Shown here: positions 49,789 through 59,617 of the stretch, one piece after another
Position numbering within the stretch: the stretch's first letter is position 1
Layout: the number at the start of each line of letters is the position of its first letter
DNA from: Dehalococcoidia bacterium
GTDB lineage: Bacteria; Chloroflexota; Dehalococcoidia; UBA2979
DNA: 64,000 bases
Assembly: GCA_964291495.2 (NCBI GenBank)
Contig: OZ219872.1
Span: 448,001 to 512,000, forward strand
Direction of reading: 5' to 3'
Program-made: the position numbers and the translations under genes
The notes under the pieces: generated by a model
What the model was told of the DNA's origin: nothing
What the model saw: the letters and a program-made list of their open reading frames with translations, nothing else
Databases searched by the model: none

Positions 49789-50276
49789 TGGGAACGCGAC
49801 TGCGCCCCGAGGGCACGATGCCGTGGATGCCCGGCTTCCGCTACGGCGCGCTGCTGCCGCCGCTCGCCCTCAACCTGCTGGTCAGCGACACCGAGCGCGC
49901 CGCCGCCTTCTACCGCGACGTCCTCGAGGCCGAGGTGCACTACCGCGACATCGACTTCGCCGCCGTGCGCGTCGGCCCCGCCGAGGTGATGCTGCACGCC
50001 GACCACACCCACGACGACCACCCCTGGAGCGCGGACCTCGCCGGCGGCGCGGCGCGCGGCGTCGGCGCGCAACTGCGACTGCTCGGCATCGACCCCGACG
50101 CCGTCGAGGCGCGCGCCCGCCAGCACGGCGCGCAACTCGTCGCCGCGGCCACCGACAAGGGCCACAGCTGGCGCGAGACGCTGGTGCGTGACCCGGACGG
50201 CTACGAGTGGGCCGTCGGCGTGCTGATCGAGCCCGCCAAGGGTCCCTTCGGCCCCCACGAGGTCGGCGCTCCATGA
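49788..50276 (+). CDS. VOC/glyoxalase family protein
   Basis: NLLVSD..RAAAFYRDVL..LHADH..RDPDGYEW. Confidence 0.85.
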   Translation: MGTRLRPEGTMPWMPGFRYGALLPPLALNLLVSDTERAAAFYRDVLEAEVHYRDIDFAAVRVGPAEVMLHADHTHDDHPWSADLAGGAARGVGAQLRLLGIDPDAVEARARQHGAQLVAAATDKGHSWRETLVRDPDGYEWAVGVLIEPAKGPFGPHEVGAP

Positions 50277-51082
50277 CGGCCGAACCCGGAGCGACCTACC
50301 CCTCGCTGGCCGGGAAGCGCGCCGTCGTCATCGGCGGCTCGCGGGGCATCGGGCGTGCGATCTCGCTGCGCCTCGCCGCCGAGGGCTGCCACGTGCTCGT
50401 CAACTACGCCCGCAGCGCCGAGGCTGCCGAGCAGACCGCCGCCGAGTGCCGCGCCCGCGGCGTCGAGGCCGAGGCGGTGCGCGCCGATGCCGGCGACCGC
50501 GCCGACCTCACGGCGCTCTTCGCGCGTGTCGTGGAGTGGGGCGGCGTCGACCTGCTGGTCAACAACGCCGCGCGCGGCCTCGAGCGTCCGAGGCCGGCGA
50601 TCGCCCAGCGCCCCGGCCACCTCCACTCGACGATGGACGTGAACCTGTTCGGCCCGTGGCAGGCCGCGCAGGCGGCCGTGCCGCTGATGGAGGAGCGAGG
50701 CGGCGGGAGCATCGTCAACCTGCTCTCGCCCGGGGCCTGGCAGTACATGCCGGACTACTCGGCGGTGGCGGTGAGCAAGGCGGCGCTCGCCTCGCTGACC
50801 GGCTACCTCGCCGTCGAGCTCGCGCCGCGCGGGATTCGCGTGAACGCCGTCTCCGCGGGCTGGGTCGAGGCCTCCGAGGGCGAGCACTCCTACCGCAGCG
50901 GCGTCTCCGAGGCCGTCCGCCCGCACGTCCCGGCCGGCCGCAACGTCGCCCCCGAGGACATCGCCGCCGCCGTCGCCTGGGTCTGCTCCAACGAGGCTCC
51001 GATGCTCGTCGGCCAGACGATCCACCTCGACGGCGGCTTCGGCCTCGCCGCCTGGAACGCCATCCTCGATCCGGACGGGTAG
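50273..51082 (+). CDS. SDR oxidoreductase, FabL/enoyl-reductase-like
   Basis: GGSRGIG, VNNAA.G..RP, divergent catalytic YSAVAVSK (YxxxxxxK), YLAVELAP.GIRVN. Confidence 0.85.
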   Translation: MTAEPGATYPSLAGKRAVVIGGSRGIGRAISLRLAAEGCHVLVNYARSAEAAEQTAAECRARGVEAEAVRADAGDRADLTALFARVVEWGGVDLLVNNAARGLERPRPAIAQRPGHLHSTMDVNLFGPWQAAQAAVPLMEERGGGSIVNLLSPGAWQYMPDYSAVAVSKAALASLTGYLAVELAPRGIRVNAVSAGWVEASEGEHSYRSGVSEAVRPHVPAGRNVAPEDIAAAVAWVCSNEAPMLVGQTIHLDGGFGLAAWNAILDPDG

Positions 51083-51111
51083 CGCAGGCGAGGCGACCTC
51101 CAAGACTCCCC

Positions 51112-51165
51112 CGTCATCCCGGCGAATTCAGATCCGTCATTCCGGCGAAAGCCGGAATCCAGGGA
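51112..51165. repeat. GTCATTCCGGCGAAAGCCGGAATCC-type palindromic REP-like element
   Basis: ATTCCGGC-GAAA-GCCGGAAT hairpin preceded by a truncated copy (CGTCATCCCGGCGAA). Confidence 0.7.
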
Positions 51166-51378
51166 TCGGCAGGGTGGCTCGGATTGCACCCCCACCCCCT
51201 CCCGGAGAGCGGGCGCTGCGCGCCGCTCGGCCCACCCACCCACCCCGGATTGGTTCTCTGTGGGGGGCTGCGCCCCCCACGCCCCCGCTCGGGATGGGTC
51301 AGCCGCGGAGACGCCGCGCGGAGTCGTAGGCGTGATGCACCGAGCCGTATGCTGGACGCATCGCGGGGGGCGCCGACC

Positions 51379-52248
51379 ATGGACCGGGAAGAGATGACCA
51401 CCGCCGACAACGAACTCGACGGACGCGTCGCCCTCGTGACCGGGGCGAGCCGCGGGATCGGCCTGGCGATTGCGCGGCGGTTTGCCGCGGCGGGGGCGCA
51501 CGTTGCCGTCTCCGCGAGGAGCCTCGACACGTCAGCGACGTTCCCGGGGACGCTCGCCGAGACGGTGCGGCTGATCGAGGACACCGGTGGCAAGGCGTTC
51601 CCGGTCCGCGCGGACGTCACGCGGGCGGTCGACCGGGCGCGCCTGATCGAGGAGGTGCAGGCCGAGCTGGGGCCGATCGACGTGCTCGTCAACAACGCGG
51701 GGACGGCCTCGTACTCTCCGGCCGCCGACGTCTCCCCCGATGACTACGACTACACGGTCGCCCAGTACTTCCGGGCGCCGTTCGAGCTCTCGCAGCGCGT
51801 GATCCCGGGCATGCGGGAGCTTGGGGGCGGCTGGATCCTCAACATCGGCTCCTCCACCGCGCGACACCCCGATGGGCCGCCCTACAACGAGTCGGCCCGC
51901 ACGCTCGGCCTCGTCCTCTACGCGTCGCTGAAGGCGGCGCTGCATCGCTTCACCGCGGGGCTCGCGGCCGAGCTGCACGAGGACGGCATCGCCGTCAACT
52001 CCGTCGCGCCCGTCGCCGCCGTGCGCACGCCGAGCGTCGAGGCGGCCGGGGTGCTCTCCCCGGACCGGCCGGAGATCATCGAGCCCGCCGAGTTCATGGC
52101 CGAGGCGGCCCTGGCCCTCTGCGCCGGCGATCCGCGCACGCTGACGGGCCGCGTCGTCTACAGCAGCCCGATCCTGACCGAGCTGGGGCGCACCGTCCGC
52201 ACCCTCGATGGTCGCGAGGTCTACCCGGTCCAGCCCGTAGCGCGGTAG
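51379..52248 (+). CDS. SDR oxidoreductase
   Basis: TGASRGIG, NNAG, YASLK; start is 51379 or 51394. Confidence 0.9.
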   Translation: MDREEMTTADNELDGRVALVTGASRGIGLAIARRFAAAGAHVAVSARSLDTSATFPGTLAETVRLIEDTGGKAFPVRADVTRAVDRARLIEEVQAELGPIDVLVNNAGTASYSPAADVSPDDYDYTVAQYFRAPFELSQRVIPGMRELGGGWILNIGSSTARHPDGPPYNESARTLGLVLYASLKAALHRFTAGLAAELHEDGIAVNSVAPVAAVRTPSVEAAGVLSPDRPEIIEPAEFMAEAALALCAGDPRTLTGRVVYSSPILTELGRTVRTLDGREVYPVQPVAR

Positions 52249-52275
52249 GAGTGGCGCCGCCGACGAGACGGCGGG

Positions 52276-52734
52276 TCAGGCTTCGTGCGTTCCGGCGGCG
52301 TCGGCGAGCGCGCGCTCGAGCGCGGCCTCCTGCCGCGATCCGAGCAGCCGGGTGCCCTCGCCATCGACGAGCACGATCGTCCCGCGACCGATCGCCTGGT
52401 GCTCCTCGATCTGCACCGAGTCGAAGCGCGTGTCGACGATGAAGCCGGTCGGCGCGGTGTGCATCAGATCCTCGAGCGACTCGGTCAGCACGGAGACCGT
52501 CGCGATGCCGTCGAGGCGCCTCAGCGTCCCGATCAGCTCCGCCGGTTCCTGGTCGAGGTGCAGGCCGACGGAGAGCAGCAGATCCTCGACGTCGGGGTCG
52601 CCGCCGGGCATCGAGGGCGCGTCGCCGACCCTGAGCTCCTGCGGGTGCGAGGCGTTGAGTGTCGCGCCGATCCGCACGGCGTCGTCGGGCCGCAGAGTCC
52701 AGCAGAAGCGGATGTTGGTCTCTTCCCCCGCCAT
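52276..52734 (-). CDS. Hypothetical protein
   Basis: 152-aa ORF with genome-typical codons; TAGGCT lies 6 nt before the ATG. Confidence 0.65.
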   Translation of the reverse strand: MAGEETNIRFCWTLRPDDAVRIGATLNASHPQELRVGDAPSMPGGDPDVEDLLLSVGLHLDQEPAELIGTLRRLDGIATVSVLTESLEDLMHTAPTGFIVDTRFDSVQIEEHQAIGRGTIVLVDGEGTRLLGSRQEAALERALADAAGTHEA

Positions 52735-52786
52735 GCGAGGAGCCTAGCACGTCCGGCGATGGCCCCGCCGATACCGCGCCGTCGCG

Positions 52787-54460
52787 CTACCCCGTGATCG
52801 CGCCCTCGGCGGCGCTCGAGACCGAGCGCGCGTACTTGGCGAACACGCCGCGCTGCCAGCGCGGCGGCGGGGGCGTCCAGTCGCCCAGGCGGCGCGCCAC
52901 CTCCGCCGCGTCCACCTCGAGATCAAGCGTGCGGCCGTCGATGTCGAAAGCGATGATGTCGCCCTCGCGGACGGCGGCGATCGGCCCGCCCGCGGCGGCC
53001 TCGGGCGCGACGTGGCCGGCCATCAGCCCGCGCGTCGCGCCGCTGAAGCGCCCGTCCGTGAGCAGCGCGACCGTCTCGCCGAGGCCGGCGCCGACCAGCG
53101 CCGCGGTCACGCCCAGCATCTCGCGCATGCCGGGCCCACCGACCGGGCCCTCGTTGCGGATCACCAGCACGTCGCCCTCGTTGATCGCGCCCTCCAGCAC
53201 GGCCTCGAGGGCGTACTCCTCCTGCTCGAAGACGCGCGCCGGGCCGCGGTGCTGCGTGCGCTCGTAGCCGGCGACCTTCACCACGCAGCCGTCGGGCGCG
53301 AGGCTGCCGTGCAGGATCACGAGGCCGCCCGTTTCCTTCAGCGGGTCGTCGAGCTCGCGCACCACGTCCTGGCCGGGCGTCTCGACGGCGTCCGCGGCCT
53401 CTTCGGCCAACGTCCGGCCCGTCACCGTCATCACGTCGCCGTGGACCTTGCCGCCCTCGACCAGCCGCTGCGCGACGAGCTGGATGCCGCCCGCGCGGTC
53501 GAGGTCGAGCGCGACGTAGCGACCCCCCGGCCGCAGGTCGCCGATCAGTGGGGTCCGCTCGCTGATCTCGTCGAAGTCGTCGATCTCCAGCGGGATGCCG
53601 GCCTCGCGCGCGAGCGCGAGCAGGTGCAGCACGACGTTGGTCGAGCCGCCCGTGGCGGCGGCGCACGCGATGCCGTTCTCGATTGCCTCGCGCGTCAGGA
53701 TGTCACTCGGCTTCAGCCCGCGCTGCAGCACGTCCATGACGAGCTGCCCCGCCTCGAAGCCGACGCGGTCCTTCCGAGGATCGGTCGCGCCGACCGACCC
53801 GCTGCCCATCGGCGCGATGCCGAGGAACTCGAGCACCATCGCCATGGTGTTGGCGGTGTACTGCGCGCCGCAGGCGCCCGCGCCGGGGCAGGCGGCGTCC
53901 TCGATCGCGGTCAGTTGCTCTTCGGTGATCGTGCCGGCGGCGTGCTGGCCGACTCCCTCGAAGACGTCCTGGATCGTGAGGTCTCGCCCGTCGAGGCGTC
54001 CGGGGTCGATCGAGCCGCTGTAGAGCACGAGGCTGGGGATGTCGAGGCGCGCGAGGGCGAGCGTGGCCGCGGGAATCGTCTTGTCGCAGCCGACGAGTAC
54101 GATCGCCGCGTCGAACCCGTAGCCGATGCCGCAGAGCTCGATCGAGTCGGCGATCAGCTCGCGGCTGATCAGCGAGGCCTTCATGCCCTGCGTGCCCATC
54201 GAGATGCCGTCGCTGATCGAGACGGTGTTGATCTCCATGGGCGTGCCGCCGGCGGCGCGCACGCCGACCATGACATGCTGCGCCAGCTCGCGCTGGCTGA
54301 AGTTGCAGGGCATGGTGCCGATCCAGCTGTGCGCGACCATCACCAGCGGGCGCTGCAGGTCCTCGCTGGTGAGCCCGACCGACTTGAGGTACGAGCGCGC
54401 GGGCGCGCGGTCCGGCCCGTCGACGAACGTGCGGCTGCGGTGCCGGGGGTCAAGCGTCAT
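52787..54460 (-). CDS. ilvD: Dihydroxy-acid dehydratase
   Basis: [68 protein letters not shown]. Confidence 0.96.
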   Translation of the reverse strand: MTLDPRHRSRTFVDGPDRAPARSYLKSVGLTSEDLQRPLVMVAHSWIGTMPCNFSQRELAQHVMVGVRAAGGTPMEINTVSISDGISMGTQGMKASLISRELIADSIELCGIGYGFDAAIVLVGCDKTIPAATLALARLDIPSLVLYSGSIDPGRLDGRDLTIQDVFEGVGQHAAGTITEEQLTAIEDAACPGAGACGAQYTANTMAMVLEFLGIAPMGSGSVGATDPRKDRVGFEAGQLVMDVLQRGLKPSDILTREAIENGIACAAATGGSTNVVLHLLALAREAGIPLEIDDFDEISERTPLIGDLRPGGRYVALDLDRAGGIQLVAQRLVEGGKVHGDVMTVTGRTLAEEAADAVETPGQDVVRELDDPLKETGGLVILHGSLAPDGCVVKVAGYERTQHRGPARVFEQEEYALEAVLEGAINEGDVLVIRNEGPVGGPGMREMLGVTAALVGAGLGETVALLTDGRFSGATRGLMAGHVAPEAAAGGPIAAVREGDIIAFDIDGRTLDLEVDAAEVARRLGDWTPPPPRWQRGVFAKYARSVSSAAEGAITG

Positions 54461-54526
54461 CTCACACCTCCGTGGTTGAGGCCCTCGGGATCGCGCGCCA
54501 AGCATCGCGCGGAGGAGCCGCGACTG

Positions 54527-55072
54527 CTAGGGGAAGTCCTCGTCCTCGCCCTCGACCGGTATCTCCGCCTCGTCCGAGTGGCCGTTGGCGCCGGGGCAGA
54601 AGTGCGCCCCGTCGCCCTCGAGCGGCTGGCCGCAGAGCGGGCAGCGAGGGCGCCCCGCGGCGACGACCGAGCCGATGGTGGCGACCAGCGAGCGCGCGGC
54701 GTCGCGGCCGATCTCCATGCGGAAGGCGGGGGTCGCCCCCTGCGTGAGCGCCTCCTGGTCGTCGGCGAGCAGGCGCACCCGCCCGCCGCCGTCCTCGCTG
54801 TAGTCGAGCCCGAGCCGCGCCACCTGGAACTCGACGTCGGGGTCGGGGCCGAACTCGCCCATCTCGGGCGGAGCGGGGAGCGGATCGTCGCGCCTCGGGG
54901 CGCGGTCGGCGAGCAGGCGCGAGATCGCGCGGCCGAGGACGGTGAGCTGCTCCTTCTCCATCCAGAGCGCGGCGCGCATCGCGCCGGAGCGGGCGCGCAG
55001 GCGGAAGGTGCGCTGGCCGGGCTCGCCGATCGCCTCGGCGTCCACCACGTCCACGAGGCCGAAGTCGATCAT
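54527..55072 (-). CDS. DUF3090 family protein
   Basis: AIGEPGQRTF..EKEQL..F.V..LGL..AGRPRCPLCG.P...HFCP..NGH. Confidence 0.85.
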   Translation of the reverse strand: MIDFGLVDVVDAEAIGEPGQRTFRLRARSGAMRAALWMEKEQLTVLGRAISRLLADRAPRRDDPLPAPPEMGEFGPDPDVEFQVARLGLDYSEDGGGRVRLLADDQEALTQGATPAFRMEIGRDAARSLVATIGSVVAAGRPRCPLCGQPLEGDGAHFCPGANGHSDEAEIPVEGEDEDFP

Positions 55073-55123
55073 CGCGCGCGCGGCCCCGCCGGTTCGTCAG
55101 GTCTCGAGGGTGTCGGTCGGCTG

Positions 55124-55152
55124 AGCGTAGGCAGCGCGCGATCGGCGGTCAA
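55124..55152 (-). promoter_or_regulatory. Sigma70-type promoter upstream of the DUF3090 gene
   Basis: TTGACC-N17-TACGCT. Confidence 0.6.
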
Positions 55153-55191
55153 CCGCCCCCGCGCTCGCCGCCCACCGCGGGGCCGCCGGGC

Positions 55192-56517
55192 TCAGTCCAC
55201 TTTCCGGATCGACGCCATGATCTGGTCGAACAGGGCATCGGCGGCGGGCGAAGCGGTGACGCGCTCGAACTCCGTGCCGGTCGTCGGGTCGATCGAGAGC
55301 ACGGAGCCCGTTCCCGCGTCGATCAGCGTGACCAGCGCCCACTGCGGGCCGGGAGGATAGCGCGGGGAGTAGTCGACGTTGGCGTACCCGCCCGGGGTCA
55401 GCTCGGCGCCCGCGGGCACGTCCACGACGAACGGCGACCCCGCGTAGATCCGGTAGGTTCCCTCACGCGCGGGCTCGCCTCGCAGCAGCACCGGCAGCGC
55501 GCCGGGAGCCGGGATGCCGGGGCGGACACGCCACACGAACTCGACGTCCCTCGCGGCGCGCGGATCGTCGACGAAGCCACCGCACCCGCCGCCGTCACGT
55601 TGTACGTACTCGATGCCGAACACCCGCGGAGTCGCCGCCGAAGCAACGCTCGTCACCCTGAAGCGGAAGCTGCAGTCGAGGCCGTTCGTTCTGTAGTCGA
55701 AGCTGTCGCCGACCTCGACGATGTCGTAGAAGGCGCCGCGCGATGTCCCACTCGCGTCCGCCGGGTGGATCCGCAACTCGACGCCGGCGGCGGGGAGGGC
55801 GTCGAAGTTCCCGATCGCGCTCGTAGCATCCCCGGCCGTCGTGAGGAGGGCGTAGCTCCCCGCCGCGGCCGCCGCGCCGGTCGTGTCGAGCTGGCTGTAG
55901 CGCAGGCTTGGGACCAGGAACCTCGTCGTCACCACGACGCCGAGCTCGTGGTCGAGACCGGGCTGCAGTGGCGGCCCCGCCGCCGTCAGGTCGAAGGTGA
56001 TGAGCGTGGAACCGGCCTCGTCGGTCGTGACGATGAAGGTGTAGGTCGTTCCTCCCGGCTGAACGAGGTGCGACGCGGAGACCGGCGGCGGACTCCCCTC
56101 CGGCGTGCGCCGCAGCCGGAAGCCGGCGTACCGCGCGGGCAGCGATGCCGCCGTGACGACCGTGACCTGCTGCCCGCGCTCCACGTGGTAGCGGCCGTTC
56201 CCATCCGGATCGAGCAGGGCGCCGTCGGGGATGTCCGCGACGCGGGCGTAGTCGTCGGGTGCTCCGAGGTAGACCGCGAGGATGCAGTCGGCGTCGGCCG
56301 GCGTCGCGCAGGCGCCGGGCGCTGGAGTCGGTGCGGGCGTGGCCGTCGGCGACGGCGTGGCCGTGGGGGTCGGGGTGGCCGCAGCCGTCGGCGTCACAAG
56401 CGCCGTCGGGACGGGCGTCGGCTCATCGCTCCACGCGTTGCCGCAGCCCGCAAGCCCACCGGCCGCGGCCAGCGCGACGGCAATCGAGAGCAGCACCAAT
56501 GACAGTCGGGTACGCAC
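55192..56517 (-). CDS. Hypothetical lipoprotein with Thr/Pro linker
   Basis: Signal peptide with lipobox LAGC, a (TP)n stalk, two Cys pairs and beta-rich domains. Confidence 0.75.
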   Translation of the reverse strand: MRTRLSLVLLSIAVALAAAGGLAGCGNAWSDEPTPVPTALVTPTAAATPTPTATPSPTATPAPTPAPGACATPADADCILAVYLGAPDDYARVADIPDGALLDPDGNGRYHVERGQQVTVVTAASLPARYAGFRLRRTPEGSPPPVSASHLVQPGGTTYTFIVTTDEAGSTLITFDLTAAGPPLQPGLDHELGVVVTTRFLVPSLRYSQLDTTGAAAAAGSYALLTTAGDATSAIGNFDALPAAGVELRIHPADASGTSRGAFYDIVEVGDSFDYRTNGLDCSFRFRVTSVASAATPRVFGIEYVQRDGGGCGGFVDDPRAARDVEFVWRVRPGIPAPGALPVLLRGEPAREGTYRIYAGSPFVVDVPAGAELTPGGYANVDYSPRYPPGPQWALVTLIDAGTGSVLSIDPTTGTEFERVTASPAADALFDQIMASIRKVD

Positions 56518-56616
56518 GGCATCTCGTCCGAGCGAATACTACGCCGCCTCCTCGCGACCGGTTCCCGCGCCCCCTTCGCGCAGCCCGCAGCGCGCGCCTC
56601 GCCTACCATGGAGACC

Positions 56617-57588
56617 ATGACCGCGCCCCCGCCCGACGGCATCGAGGTGCACGAGGACGTGCCGCTCGCGCGGCATACCTACCTGCGCCTCGGCGGGCCG
56701 GCGCGCTACTTCGCGATTCCCGAGGACGCCGCGCAGCTCGAGCGGCTGCTCGCCTGGGCGCGCGGCGAGGCGCTCTCCGTGCGCGTGCTCGGCGGCGGCT
56801 CCAACCTGCTCGTCGCCGACGAGGGCGTCGACGCCCTCGTCGTCTCGCTGCGCCGCGCGGCGGGCTCGTACCGCTTCGAGGGCGAGCGCGTGAGCGCCGG
56901 GTCCGCGGTGATGCTGCCCGCGCTGAGCCGCGCCGCCGCCGACCGCGGCCTCGGCGGCCTCGAGTTCGCGATCGGCATCCCCGGCGCCCTCGGTGGCGCG
57001 CTCAACAGCAACGCCGGCATCGGCGACGGCCGCGCGATCGGCGACCTCGTCGAGTCCGTCGACGTGCTCGGCGGGCGCGGTCGCATGACGATCCCGCGCG
57101 ACCAGCTCTACTTCGGCTACCGCCGCTCCTCGCTGCGCGGGGCGGGCGTCATGGTCCTCGGCGCGACGCTGCGGCTGCGCCCGCGCCCGAGCGAGGAGAT
57201 CGAGGCGGAGCTGCGCGAGCTGCTCTCGCACCGCCAGGCCACGCAGCCGACCGCCGGCCCGAACGCCGGCTCCGTCTTCACCAACCCCGAGGGCGACTAC
57301 GCCGGGCGGCTGATCGAGGCGGCGGGCTGCAAGGGCCTCGCCGTCGGCGAGGCGCGGGTGAGCGAGCTGCACGCCAACTTCTTCGTGCACGACGGCGGCG
57401 CCAGCGTCGCCGAGATGGTCGAGCTGATGGCGGAGGTGCAGCGCCGCGTCATCGAGCACTCGGGCGTGCGCCTCCAGCCGGAAATCGAGTGGTGGGGCGA
57501 CGGCCCCCTGCCCGAGGTGTTCGCCGAGCCGGAGCCGGACCTGCCGGACGAGTCGGAGGCCGCGAACGGCGAGCGCGCGGTCTTCTGA
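56617..57588 (+). CDS. murB: UDP-N-acetylenolpyruvoylglucosamine reductase
   Basis: T..RLGGPA, LGGGSNLL, GLEF..GIPG..GGA...NAG, FGYRRS, QP...NAGSVF.NP, S.LHANF, L.PEI. Alternative start at 56608. Confidence 0.95.
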   Translation: MTAPPPDGIEVHEDVPLARHTYLRLGGPARYFAIPEDAAQLERLLAWARGEALSVRVLGGGSNLLVADEGVDALVVSLRRAAGSYRFEGERVSAGSAVMLPALSRAAADRGLGGLEFAIGIPGALGGALNSNAGIGDGRAIGDLVESVDVLGGRGRMTIPRDQLYFGYRRSSLRGAGVMVLGATLRLRPRPSEEIEAELRELLSHRQATQPTAGPNAGSVFTNPEGDYAGRLIEAAGCKGLAVGEARVSELHANFFVHDGGASVAEMVELMAEVQRRVIEHSGVRLQPEIEWWGDGPLPEVFAEPEPDLPDESEAANGERAVF

Positions 57589-57658
57589 GCCCGCCCGCGC
57601 CCTCGCCGCACACATCGGGCCGCCCAAGGCGCTAGGCTGCGCGCAAAGGAGCAAGGCG

Positions 57659-58459
57659 ATGAGCGAACGACACGTACTCGACGAGCAGAACGGCGCGGTG
57701 CTGACGCTGACGCTGAACCGCGCGGAGAAGCGCAACGCCCTCGGCAACCAGCTGCGCGGCGAGCTGGACGAGTGCCTCGCGCGCGCCGGCGAGGACGATT
57801 CGATCTCCGTGATCGTGATCAAGGCCAACGGGCCGGACTTCTCCGCCGGCATGGACGTGCGGGCGAACATCGGCATCAACGCCGAGCTGGCGGCGGCGCA
57901 GCGCGGCGTAACTGGACTGCAGGACTTCATGCTGCGCGTGCGCGACGTACCGAAGGCAACGATCGCGCAGGTGCACGGGCACTGCGTCGGCCTCGCAACG
58001 CAGCTCGCGATCTGCTGCGACATCGTCGTCGCCGCCGAGGACGCGCGGATCGGCGTGCCCGGCTGGCCGAACGACTGGATCGCGGACTGGTGGGTCTTCC
58101 GCGTCGGGGCGCAGCGCGCGAAGCTGATGAACTTCACCAGCGGCAGCCTGCTCAGCGGCCTCGAGGCGGTCGAGTGGGGCTTCGCCGCGAAGGCCTTCCC
58201 GGCGGAGCGCCTCGACGCGGAGACGCAGCGGCTGGCCACCTGGATCGCGAAGACGCCGGCGGAGATGCTGCGGCTCAAGAAGCACGCCATCAACCAGGCG
58301 GAGGACCAGATGGGCTTCCGCACGGTCGCGCGCTACACGGCCACCCAGAACACGCTGATCTCACGCTCGGAGAGCGGGCACACCGGCGGCGACTACGCAC
58401 GCGAGCACGGCTTCGCCGCCGCACGCGAGCGCTACGGCCCGCCGCCGCCCGTCGAGTAG
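57659..58459 (+). CDS. Enoyl-CoA hydratase/isomerase family protein
   Basis: LNRAEKRNAL, FSAGMD, K.TIAQVHG.C. Confidence 0.88.
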   Translation: MSERHVLDEQNGAVLTLTLNRAEKRNALGNQLRGELDECLARAGEDDSISVIVIKANGPDFSAGMDVRANIGINAELAAAQRGVTGLQDFMLRVRDVPKATIAQVHGHCVGLATQLAICCDIVVAAEDARIGVPGWPNDWIADWWVFRVGAQRAKLMNFTSGSLLSGLEAVEWGFAAKAFPAERLDAETQRLATWIAKTPAEMLRLKKHAINQAEDQMGFRTVARYTATQNTLISRSESGHTGGDYAREHGFAAARERYGPPPPVE

Positions 58460-58553
58460 CCCTCGAGGGCTGCTACCAGGCCCAGGCGTCGTTGTCCTGC
58501 GCGAGGGCGCGCAGGTGGTTGATCTCGCCCGCGCGGAGCGCATCCCCTCTGGT

Positions 58554-58712
58554 CCCCTCTCCCCGAGGGAGAGGGTCAGGGTGAGGGAGGATCCCCCCTC
58601 TGAGTTTCGCTGCGCCGTCGGGGCTTGGGGAGGGGCGCGGGAGTTCTCCCCCTCACCCCTGCCCTCTCCCCAGGGAGAGGGGGCCGGATCGGGCTTATGG
58701 GAGGTTCGCACA
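58554..58712. repeat. REP/REPIN-like palindromic element, copy E
   Basis: Same arms; core and flanks closely resemble copy D; lies between convergent genes. Confidence 0.88.
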
Positions 58713-58742
58713 CGTCTCCCCAGGGCGAGGGGAGCGGAGGGG

Positions 58743-59555
58743 CTAGCGGCCCTTGAAGACGGGCTTGCGCTTCTCGGAGAAGGCCTTCGGGCCCTCGGCG
58801 GCGTCGTCCGAGGTCTGAACGATGGTCATCGCCGCCTGCGCGGCCTCGAGCGCCTCGGTGAAGGAGGTGCTCTGGCCGCGGTAGACCAGCCGCTTCGCCA
58901 TCTGCATCGTGATCGGCGGGCCGGAGGCGAGCTTCGCGGCGTACGCGTAGACCTCGTCCATCAGCGAGTCGTGCGGGACGACGCGCGAGACGTAGCCGAT
59001 GTCGAGCGCCTCCTGGGCGCTGAACAGGTCGCCGCTCCAGATCAGCTCGAGCGCCTTCTGCAGGCCGACCAGCCGCGGCAGCAGCCAGGCCCCACCGTCG
59101 CCGGGGATCAGCCCGACGTTGACGTAGGCCATCCCGAAGCGCGCCTGATCCGAGGCAATGCGGATGTCCGCCATCGAGCACATGTCCATGCCGGCGCCGA
59201 CCGCCGCGCCGTTGATCGCGACGAGGTAGGGCTTGTCCAGGTACTGGAGCGCCTGCGGCACTCGCTGCACGCTGTAGCGAAGCGAGTTGCGGCGCATCGC
59301 CGGCGTCCAGCTCTCGTCCGAGGCGAGGATCGCGTTCTCCTCGGCGCGCGCCTTCACGTCGGCGCCCGCGCAGAAGGCGCGACCCGCGCCGGTCACGACG
59401 ACGACGCGCACGCTCTCGTCCTCGGCGGCTTCCGTGACGGCCTCGGCCCAGCTCGCCAGCAGTTGCTCGCTGAACGAGTTCATCCGCTCGGGCCGGTTGA
59501 GTGTGATCGTCGCGATGCCGTCCTGCACCTCGTAGATAATGTCCTGGTACTCCAC
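58743..59555 (-). CDS. Enoyl-CoA hydratase/isomerase family protein (PaaG-like)
   Basis: LNRPERMN, AFCAGAD, INGAAVGAG, GLIPGDGG; GTG start. Confidence 0.9.
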   Translation of the reverse strand: MEYQDIIYEVQDGIATITLNRPERMNSFSEQLLASWAEAVTEAAEDESVRVVVVTGAGRAFCAGADVKARAEENAILASDESWTPAMRRNSLRYSVQRVPQALQYLDKPYLVAINGAAVGAGMDMCSMADIRIASDQARFGMAYVNVGLIPGDGGAWLLPRLVGLQKALELIWSGDLFSAQEALDIGYVSRVVPHDSLMDEVYAYAAKLASGPPITMQMAKRLVYRGQSTSFTEALEAAQAAMTIVQTSDDAAEGPKAFSEKRKPVFKGR

Positions 59556-59617
59556 GCCAACCGCCTTTCCGCTGGTCGCGCCTGCTTGCTCGTCTGCTCC
59601 CGTGCCGCCTCGCCCGG

